This document shows positions 15,946 through 24,015 of a stretch of 64,000 nt of DNA, piece by piece. The notes beneath the pieces were generated by a model. That model was given only the letters and a program-made list of their open reading frames with translations. It ran no database searches and was not told the origin of the DNA. The position numbers were made by a program, and so were the translations under genes. This DNA comes from Promethearchaeota archaeon (lineage in GTDB: Archaea > Asgardarchaeota > Thorarchaeia > Thorarchaeales > Thorarchaeaceae), in contig JBHLPF010000015.1 of NCBI GenBank assembly GCA_048939765.1, forward strand, positions 13,457-77,456, given 5' to 3'. Every line of letters starts with the position of its first letter. Within the stretch, counting starts at the first letter, position 1.

Positions 15946-17640
15946 ATGTCACGTAGTGCCAGGGATGTGCCGAAAGAAATCGCGGCGTTTGGGCAGAGAC
16001 AATTTCGAGAAACTGGGGCTTCTGCTGTCGAGGTTCTTCGCGTTAAAGCTTCAACAATGAGGAAGCATTTCTCAAAGCTAAAGGGGATTACATTTCTTGT
16101 TGCTGTCGTCAGCAAAGATCGAGTGCGTGTTTATTTCTTTAATTCCGCAGGGATTATGCTTCTTGGTGAGAACATCGAAATCGAGAAGTATGGAGGAATC
16201 CGCAAGACTTCAAAGCTTGTCGCTAGGTTTGAGAAGCCTAGGCCTCTCACCAAAGAGGAACTCAGAATCGAAGCAACAGAAGAACTTAGGCAGGATCTGT
16301 CTAGAACTCTGAAACGTGTCGTAAGATTTCTTGGAAGGAAAGAGCCTGAATTCCCGGTGATCTTTGTTACAAGAGAGGCATCCATTGGCACTAATCAAGG
16401 ATTTGGGCTTTTGGCAGAAGACGACGGCACTTTGGTCTTTGAGCAGGGCATTCTTGAGTCGAAATGGCGTGATGGGCTTATAGCTCGTGCCTGTGTTCTC
16501 CAGCTTCTTGATGAAAACAAACGGAGTTTGGATTTCAGCTCGACCATTGGAAATGCTATCGCCTTCGCTTCTCTAGATGAGCAGAAGAGAGTTGATTGGC
16601 TAGAGAAATGGAACAAGAGAGCCAATGAAACCTCGTTCGCGCCTATTGTCAACCATTTATCTAAACATTCAGCCTCCTATTCGTGGGCTGGATTTGCGAG
16701 AATTCTAGATTTGATCGAAGGAGTTCCGGAACTGACAGAAGACAAATGGAAACTGGCGTTGAATGAGATCCATGAATCTGTCGAAGTACCGCTTGGAACG
16801 GAGGAACAACTCTCGATACAGAGTTTCTGTAAGAGTCTGTCCAAACACAGAAAGCTAGCAGCCAAGCGTCATACTCTGGAATCAATCCATCTCGCCCCAA
16901 GAGCTTTGTGCGATCCCACCTCATTGGGCTTGATCTTATCAGTTGGTGAGGAGAGGTCGAAAGATGAGCCTTGGCTGTGGATAGAGTATATTGATGGAGC
17001 GGAACAGAAATTCCTTGCGATAACCGAAGGAGAAGAGAATCCGCTTTCGCAAATTGTGTATACACTGAATATGGAAGACATTTTTCCAAAGACAGGAGGA
17101 GTGCTAGGCAAGGGCAAAGATGTCCTCAGCTGGATTCTCAAGACACTCGGTGTGGAAAAAGAGAGGAACTACACATTCCAAGCCACCATCGAATTCTCGA
17201 AGAAGCAAGTGTCCGGAGCTGAGAATGCAGTTCTTGAGCGACTGATAGGCGGGAGTCTAAGGGTTCTGTCAGATTCCCTTGTTGGATCTCCCCAAAGAAT
17301 GGATGCATTGGTGAAGAGTGGTGCAGTTGCCCTTTTGCCTGATTTCAATCACATTGGCTTTGGTCCGAATCTATTGCTTCAGGGAGAATATACCCAGCTT
17401 GTTGACGTTGTTTCACACAGCATTGAATCCACTATCTTTCGAGCTGCCACACACAGCTTTGCTTTAGCTAGCGCTCCATCATCATGGAGGCGCCTAGTAA
17501 TAGCCAGTGCCTCTGAAAATGAGATTGCTGTCTGGCCAGTTATCCTAGCAAGATCAATGAGAAGAATGATCCGTTCCGAGGACGTGTTCCCCAAGAGTTC
17601 TGAGATGCTATTTTGGAGTGAGGGAAGGTTCAAGAAATAA
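15946..17640 (+). CDS. Hypothetical protein, possibly with a degenerate Lrp/AsnC-like C-terminus
   Basis: 564-aa ORF; RMDALVKSGAVALLPDFNHIGF resembles the wHTH-to-RAM junction. Confidence 0.6.
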   Translation: MSRSARDVPKEIAAFGQRQFRETGASAVEVLRVKASTMRKHFSKLKGITFLVAVVSKDRVRVYFFNSAGIMLLGENIEIEKYGGIRKTSKLVARFEKPRPLTKEELRIEATEELRQDLSRTLKRVVRFLGRKEPEFPVIFVTREASIGTNQGFGLLAEDDGTLVFEQGILESKWRDGLIARACVLQLLDENKRSLDFSSTIGNAIAFASLDEQKRVDWLEKWNKRANETSFAPIVNHLSKHSASYSWAGFARILDLIEGVPELTEDKWKLALNEIHESVEVPLGTEEQLSIQSFCKSLSKHRKLAAKRHTLESIHLAPRALCDPTSLGLILSVGEERSKDEPWLWIEYIDGAEQKFLAITEGEENPLSQIVYTLNMEDIFPKTGGVLGKGKDVLSWILKTLGVEKERNYTFQATIEFSKKQVSGAENAVLERLIGGSLRVLSDSLVGSPQRMDALVKSGAVALLPDFNHIGFGPNLLLQGEYTQLVDVVSHSIESTIFRAATHSFALASAPSSWRRLVIASASENEIAVWPVILARSMRRMIRSEDVFPKSSEMLFWSEGRFKK

Positions 17641-19294
17641 CCTCTACAACTGTTCCAATCGCTCTTGTGTTTGCTTCTCGTAGCACAATCTTGTCGCCTA
17701 GCTCTATCGGTTCTGGGAATGACATGAATTCTAACCTCACTCTGGCGAAGTCGCCCACACTAAGATATTCCGCATCATAGATGTGTTTCAAGACAACTGT
17801 GTGTTGAATCGTATGGCATTGAAGGACAGGTGAATATCCCACTGAGATCCTGGTTGGATGTCTTGTGACAACGATGTTGGCTTCGAATATTCGGCAGCTC
17901 TTAATGGTGTCATCAGGGTCAGCTACGACTTGCCCTCTTCTCACGCCATGTTTGTCTACGTCTTTGATATCAAACCCGAAGAGGTCTCCAGCACGGACAG
18001 AGCCAATTCTCTGCTTGAACATCTCAATACTGAATAGCCTTCCTTCCTGCATATCCCCATTCTCATCTGGACCGAGGATGACGCTCTGTCCCTTCTTGAA
18101 CACACCTGTTCTGACTGTGCCGGTGATTACTGCATTTGTGCCTCGAATCCCGAGATAGACCTTGTCTATATATGCACGAGCAGGTCTCGTCAGGTCTACA
18201 TTCTTGGAGTTTGAGGGCAACCTCCGCAACAGCTCCGTAAGAAGGGCGAGGGACTCTTTTTTAGTGGAAGCAATTTCAATCATAGGCACAACAACCCTGT
18301 GCTCTATCTCGCTCACCAAGGTGTCTATCTCATCATTACTCTTTAGAGTAACAGGTATCTTCCCAATCTCCCTGAGTGTGTTCCGGACAACTTTGTTGAC
18401 GAGTACGATGTCGTTCGGATTCGTCTTATCTACTTTCGATAAGATGACGATGAATGGGGCCTCTTGGTTTGCCATCAATATGAGGTGCTCGCGCGTGATA
18501 TCATCTAGCCTTCTGAGGCCAGTCTTCCCTTCTTCACTACGAATCAGGTTGGCTTCTTCTGGACCGGGAACCAGCACTAATCCATACTGCGCATCTGCCC
18601 CCAAGATGCTCCTTATCATTGTCTTACTATACTCCTGATGTCCAGGTGCATCAAAAAAGGTAAGGATTCTAGCTGACGCGTCTAGCACCCTGGCAGCCTC
18701 TTCCTTGTTTCTTGGATTATCTAGATGTATGGTCTTCCCATCTGTAGTGAACCCCATGAATGCTAGATGAATGTCCGCAGTCTGCCCACGTGTAATCTCC
18801 TGTGGATGAGTAAGGAGAAATGATCGTGATTTCCCTGAACCATTATCTGGGGAACCAGTGACCAAAGAGCCAATGAGTGTCGATTTGCCCGAGTTCACTC
18901 GACCTGCCACATTGAAAGAGCAGGTTTCCTTCACTTCAAGTGCTGCTATTCTTTTGAGAAGATACTTGCCCACCATTCCTTGTTCTGTTTCAATTCGCTC
19001 CTCTTCTATTATCTCGACCTCGGCTTCTTTGCATAATTCAATGAGCACTGTTTCAGCCGTCTTAATCCTGTCTTCGGATAATCCGTATATCTCCCATGTC
19101 TTTCCAGCTAAGTCTTCAATACCGATGAGAAATATGCCTTCAAAGGGATTTTCGCATGTCATATATCTTATTCGAGTAACTAGCTTCTGACGCCGATCAG
19201 ATTTGAGGTCTGCCTTCGTGAGACTCCGCTTGAATTCCATATTGCGGGCTTCTCCCTTACGAAGTATCTCTGCGATTTCCTCAACCGATGTCAT
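17630..19294 (-). CDS. Translational GTPase of the GTPBP1/aGPBP family with N-terminal AlbA_2/Schlafen-like domain
   Basis: GEARNMEFK...FLIGIED; G1 AGRVNSGKST, HPQEITRGQT, G3 DAPGH, G4 SKVD; EF-Tu-like domains II/III (HPTRISVGYSPVLQCHTI). Confidence 0.88.
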   Translation of the reverse strand: MTSVEEIAEILRKGEARNMEFKRSLTKADLKSDRRQKLVTRIRYMTCENPFEGIFLIGIEDLAGKTWEIYGLSEDRIKTAETVLIELCKEAEVEIIEEERIETEQGMVGKYLLKRIAALEVKETCSFNVAGRVNSGKSTLIGSLVTGSPDNGSGKSRSFLLTHPQEITRGQTADIHLAFMGFTTDGKTIHLDNPRNKEEAARVLDASARILTFFDAPGHQEYSKTMIRSILGADAQYGLVLVPGPEEANLIRSEEGKTGLRRLDDITREHLILMANQEAPFIVILSKVDKTNPNDIVLVNKVVRNTLREIGKIPVTLKSNDEIDTLVSEIEHRVVVPMIEIASTKKESLALLTELLRRLPSNSKNVDLTRPARAYIDKVYLGIRGTNAVITGTVRTGVFKKGQSVILGPDENGDMQEGRLFSIEMFKQRIGSVRAGDLFGFDIKDVDKHGVRRGQVVADPDDTIKSCRIFEANIVVTRHPTRISVGYSPVLQCHTIQHTVVLKHIYDAEYLSVGDFARVRLEFMSFPEPIELGDKIVLREANTRAIGTVVEVIS

Positions 19295-19558
19295 TTGGGC
19301 TACATCCGAGTATCTCCTCTGTATATAGATGCGGTTATAAGCGCTAGCAAAAGATTCGTCGTTAGACTAGGGTCCGCCTTAAAGCATAATCACAGGCACC
19401 TACATCGCAGTCGCTATGTCGGATCTTGGGGCTATTTTACGGCTACTATCGTAAGATGTGCCTAGCAATATGTGTGCTAGATATACCGAGTTCGTTAGGC
19501 AAAAGCATATCAGAGTCATAATCTGAACGACCAAAGAGTCCATCCAGAGGGTACACCA

Positions 19559-22500
19559 ATGCTCAGACACTATCTAATCCTTGGATTGTTCATTGTTTCT
19601 CTATTAGTCCCAGCGACTCCCACTGCTTCTGCTGCTGACATCAAGCCGTATTCAACTGGGCCCTCTATAGGATCTCAACTCAAGATGGAGCTTTCAAAAG
19701 GCACTGTCATCCAGGAGAGCCGTCGCACGATCCTCCAGTTCGAGCATCAATTGTCTGATCAAGAGATTGATTTTGCTGAGTCAATGGGCGTTGAGTTCGA
19801 AAGAAATAGTGGCTCCATTGTAAATGTGGGGCGAGTCTACTCAGCTCGAGCCAGCACTCTAGAATCTCTTCAAGCACTTGCTGAAATTGGACTCCTACGT
19901 GCCTCTTCCGGAGAGAAACAGTATGTTCCCTCTTTGATCTCATCCGTTCCTGCCACAAAGGCTCCCGATGTCTGGGCATATCTAAAGGAGAATGGCAACA
20001 GTATCAATGGAACAGGAATGACTGTTGCTGTAATCGATACAGGCGTCAATATGAATCATCCTAGCTTCTGGCGGCAGTCTGGAGGGCCATACCATGTCCT
20101 TGATGAATTCGATGGATATTATGTTGATGTCGATGGCGATTCATCACCTGATGCCGATGAAGGTCCAATCAGTCATATAGACCTCCAGAGTCCCTCTACT
20201 ATAGAGTGGACGAATGAGTACATGTTCATTGACATTGATGGCAACAATGTCTTCGAGTACGATGAAGGTGATCGCTGGCTTGGTGGAATAGATGATAATA
20301 CCAATGGTCGAATTGACCTACCTTCTGAGGACGTGGTCATATTCGGCGAGTCGAAAATCGCCCTTCTCTATGACCAGGAAGATGGCAATATCTATGTGAG
20401 GGGTAGCAATCTCACTACAATGGGCATTTTTGTGACCGACACTGACGGACACGGTACACATGTGGCATCAACGATTCTTGGTGGCCAGCCTGGGTACACA
20501 AGCTACGTTGGAGTTGCTCCTGGTGCCGATCTGATTGCAATTAAGAGTCCACTGAAATCAAGTGATATATTGAACGCGATCCACTTCGCTATAGAGAATG
20601 GTGCAGATATTATCAACATGTCCTTCTCAAGTTACCTTGGCTTTCTGGATGGAACAGATATCGAAGACCTTGCAGTCACTGAGGCGTTCCTACGATATGG
20701 TGTTCTAAGCGCTATTGCGGCGGGAAACCTAGGAAATCCAATGACAACTCCGAAGCATGCACACTTCACAGTTCCAGCTGGAGGCAACGCAAGTGCAGGT
20801 CTCACAGTTGGAACACCTCCTGATGCCTCCTTTATCAGCTTCCTATGGAGAAGCACCGACCGAGATGAGCATGTCTTCCTCAAGACCCCAAGTGGTGCGA
20901 CGATAGATACCGGAAAATTCTCAGATATAGATGGTAGCTCCTTTGTGATTGAAGAACCAGAGCTCTATGCATATGCTTTCGCAGAAACTAGTCTTCGTGG
21001 TCTGCACAACCTTCTGATTCAGGTGTCTGAGGATAATCATAACTGGACCTCAGGCACGTGGTCAGTTGGACTTGTGAATCCGACGGGAAACATGATTACC
21101 GTCGATGCCTATGCATGGGACAATAAGTGGGCTGGTCCTAATCTGAAATTCACAACCAACATCGACAACACCAGGACAATCAGTTCTCCAGGAACTGCAG
21201 ACCTCGCGGTGACTGTGGGTTGTTATGATGATGGAACGAGTGGGATTTATGGCTCATCGAGTAGAGGCCCGCGAATTGATGAAGCCAAGACTATCACGGT
21301 TGCCGCACCTGGAGTAAGCATTGAAGCAGCATTTCCAGACCTGTCCGACCTCTGGGATACACGTAGCGGCACAAGTATGGCAAGTCCTCATGTTGCTGGA
21401 ATTCTAGCATTAATCAGGCAAGCCTCTCCTGAACAGAGTGCTTGGTCTGACCTCACTGCTCTTACTGCTGGTGCAGGCGGACAAGGGCTTCATTATAGCC
21501 CGGCTGATGATTCATGGGGATATGGCCCTGTAGACTCTGTTTGGTCTGTTAGACATGTCCTTAGTTCACCAATATCTTATGGGATGAGTCTTGCAGAATG
21601 GACAGGCTACAATGATATCCTGCTATCTAACACTGACCTCTCGCTTGGTGGCGACCTTGATATTATAAGCATAAAGGCACATCAAAGCACTGAGCGTTTG
21701 GTCATAGCAGCTACAATGAGATCAACTGCTGACTTCGAGGGCGACAATGTCCTGACCCTACACTGGGACACAGATTCAGAGCTTGCGACAGGTCTCCAAG
21801 GTGCTGACATTCAAGTGAACCTTACGGGCGGAATTGCCACAGTCTACGAGTGGAATGGATCCTCTTATTCACCTGCGCCGCTGTCTGTAGACAGATGGAC
21901 TGACTCACAAACAGCTTTCCTCAGCATAGAGAAGAGCAGCGGTGATATCCGAGGTAGAATCTTTCTTTCAACCAGCAATCTTACCATGTCACCAGCGGAC
22001 CAGACTGGTTTGGCTGTACTGACGAACCAATGGAGGCCATTGGTGTCATCCCTCGAAGTCGAATCGATGGATGGCATGTTCGACGTATCGATCAGAATGT
22101 CGGATAGAGATGATCCGGTCGAGTCGTTCACAATCCAATGGAGTGTCCTAAATGAGGATTATGAAGTTGTCAGCACGGATTTGGAGACTGGGCATGAGAA
22201 TGCAACAGTTGAAGTCCAAGTGGATATGCCAAACTACTCTCGTCCATACTCTGTTGTCTTCAATGTGAGTGACTCGCATTACATTGGCTATTTACCGCCC
22301 GTAATGTTGGGTGTAGAGTTTACTACTCTTCGAATCTCTAGTGCATCAATTGACCAAGAGGAAGTCCATATTGGTCCATTTCTAATCGCCCGCGTTACAG
22401 GGGAAATTGTAATAGAAGGCTACATCTTAGCTGATAGAGTCTGGGTAAGCTTCCAGCGCAGTGCTAGTGAAGGTCTCAATTTCACATTGAACGGAGCTGG

Positions 22501-22735
22501 AGGAATTTATCCCATTGACATAGTACCTTCATCATTCGTCGCAGGCGAATACGACGTTTATGCTGCCGCTTCTAGTATCACGGGGCAATCAGTAGAGTTA
22601 CATATCGGCACGCTACTCATTATAGAAGACAATTCGATGATTGTCCTGCTTGCAGGAGTAGCAATTGGAGCCATTGTAATTTTGTATTATGTCCCTCGAG
22701 CAATCTCTAGAAGAAGAGGTGAGGCATCAAAATGA
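19559..22735 (+). CDS. Membrane-anchored S8 subtilisin-like protease with Asp-rich insertion (paralogue of 7756..10425)
   Basis: Signal peptide; VIDTG / HGTHVAS / GTSMASPHVAG; AAGNLG; C-terminal TM + RRR. Confidence 0.9.
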   Translation: MLRHYLILGLFIVSLLVPATPTASAADIKPYSTGPSIGSQLKMELSKGTVIQESRRTILQFEHQLSDQEIDFAESMGVEFERNSGSIVNVGRVYSARASTLESLQALAEIGLLRASSGEKQYVPSLISSVPATKAPDVWAYLKENGNSINGTGMTVAVIDTGVNMNHPSFWRQSGGPYHVLDEFDGYYVDVDGDSSPDADEGPISHIDLQSPSTIEWTNEYMFIDIDGNNVFEYDEGDRWLGGIDDNTNGRIDLPSEDVVIFGESKIALLYDQEDGNIYVRGSNLTTMGIFVTDTDGHGTHVASTILGGQPGYTSYVGVAPGADLIAIKSPLKSSDILNAIHFAIENGADIINMSFSSYLGFLDGTDIEDLAVTEAFLRYGVLSAIAAGNLGNPMTTPKHAHFTVPAGGNASAGLTVGTPPDASFISFLWRSTDRDEHVFLKTPSGATIDTGKFSDIDGSSFVIEEPELYAYAFAETSLRGLHNLLIQVSEDNHNWTSGTWSVGLVNPTGNMITVDAYAWDNKWAGPNLKFTTNIDNTRTISSPGTADLAVTVGCYDDGTSGIYGSSSRGPRIDEAKTITVAAPGVSIEAAFPDLSDLWDTRSGTSMASPHVAGILALIRQASPEQSAWSDLTALTAGAGGQGLHYSPADDSWGYGPVDSVWSVRHVLSSPISYGMSLAEWTGYNDILLSNTDLSLGGDLDIISIKAHQSTERLVIAATMRSTADFEGDNVLTLHWDTDSELATGLQGADIQVNLTGGIATVYEWNGSSYSPAPLSVDRWTDSQTAFLSIEKSSGDIRGRIFLSTSNLTMSPADQTGLAVLTNQWRPLVSSLEVESMDGMFDVSIRMSDRDDPVESFTIQWSVLNEDYEVVSTDLETGHENATVEVQVDMPNYSRPYSVVFNVSDSHYIGYLPPVMLGVEFTTLRISSASIDQEEVHIGPFLIARVTGEIVIEGYILADRVWVSFQRSASEGLNFTLNGAGGIYPIDIVPSSFVAGEYDVYAAASSITGQSVELHIGTLLIIEDNSMIVLLAGVAIGAIVILYYVPRAISRRRGEASK

Positions 22736-24015
22736 AAATCGTGATCATTGGATACGGTCCTGGAGGTGTTGCGGCAGCTACAGCGGCTAAGACATTCGAT
22801 CCAAGCTCGGAGATTATGATAATCACAGAGGAAACGATTCCCGCTCATAAGAAACCCGGCGCTACGTTGGCGCTTGAGCATCCTGAAACCCGTGAGCTAG
22901 AAATTCGCGATTGGTCCTACGATTCTCTCAAGAAGAGAGGGATTGAGATCAAAACGGGTGTGAAAGTTGTCGGTGGTGACTTGGATAGAAAGAGCTTGGA
23001 CCTTATTTCAAGTGATGGTAAATCCTCAGTCATTCAATTCGACCGTCTGATTATCGCGACAGGTGGAGTTCCGTCTGTTCCTGATTTGCCCGGTAAAGGC
23101 CTCCTAGGAGTCTACACAATCCAGTCGATGGCCGAAACCTCTGTCATAGGCAAGGAGTTGGAGAAGGCAGACACAGTCGTTATTGTAGGTGCTGGATTCA
23201 GTGGTCTTGAAACGGCAGAACGCCTTCACAAAATGGGAAAGGAAGTCCATCTTATTATCAGGTCCCGACTAATGCGAAAACAGCTAGAAGAGGACATGAG
23301 TGAAGCCCTTTTATCGCGTATTCCTCATGGAATTGAACTACATATTGGCTCCGCTCCCAAATCCATTATTGGTAAAGAGCGTGTAACTGGGATAGAAGTT
23401 GGAGGGGAAACAATAGACACAAGCATTGTCCTATTCATGACAGGTGTCCGTCCGAATTCCGTATTGGCGGAGAAATTTGGTCTCAAGGTGGGTGCTCTTG
23501 GTGGCATTGCCATAAACAGTCTGACTGAGACGGGCAAGGATGGAGTCTATGCAGTTGGCGACTGTGTTGAGATGATAGATTCGCTGACCGGTACTCCTCG
23601 ACTAATGCCAATAGGCAGTACTGCTGCTAGGGCAGGAAGACAAGCTGGTGTAGCAGCAGTGGGAAGGGACAAAATTTACAGTGACACATCAATAATGCTG
23701 CAATATGATCGAATCTTCGGTACTGACATTGTGTGTGTCGGTCATTCCACCACAACTGCAAAGGATGCAGGTCTTGAAACTGATGTCACGTATCTGGAAG
23801 ACTCCAATGAAGCGATGAAGGTCGCCTTGGTGACTAACAAGGAAGGTCGCTTAATTGGTGGGCAAGTCCTCTCTGCAAGGATGGGTGCTCGAGTAGGCTA
23901 TGAGATTCTCAATAGAGTGGAAGCTGGGTCTACTTTAGAAGAAAGACCTTTGCTCCAAAGCCGACATGAGCAAATTCTGTCTCTGATGGAGCGAACCTTT
24001 GGACCTATGAAATAG
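22732..24015 (+). CDS. FAD-dependent pyridine nucleotide-disulfide oxidoreductase (NADH oxidase/CoADR-like) lacking the redox Cys
   Basis: IIGYGPGG, IATGG, VGAGFSGLE, YAVGDC; ATGA overlap with the protease gene. Confidence 0.85.
   Translation: MKIVIIGYGPGGVAAATAAKTFDPSSEIMIITEETIPAHKKPGATLALEHPETRELEIRDWSYDSLKKRGIEIKTGVKVVGGDLDRKSLDLISSDGKSSVIQFDRLIIATGGVPSVPDLPGKGLLGVYTIQSMAETSVIGKELEKADTVVIVGAGFSGLETAERLHKMGKEVHLIIRSRLMRKQLEEDMSEALLSRIPHGIELHIGSAPKSIIGKERVTGIEVGGETIDTSIVLFMTGVRPNSVLAEKFGLKVGALGGIAINSLTETGKDGVYAVGDCVEMIDSLTGTPRLMPIGSTAARAGRQAGVAAVGRDKIYSDTSIMLQYDRIFGTDIVCVGHSTTTAKDAGLETDVTYLEDSNEAMKVALVTNKEGRLIGGQVLSARMGARVGYEILNRVEAGSTLEERPLLQSRHEQILSLMERTFGPMK

Noticed and set aside
19395-19480. 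Imperfect inverted repeats in the GTPase/protease divergent gap as an ncRNA
   Set aside because: Only 6-bp stems (AGGCAC/GTGCCT, CTAGCA/TGCTAG), compatible with chance
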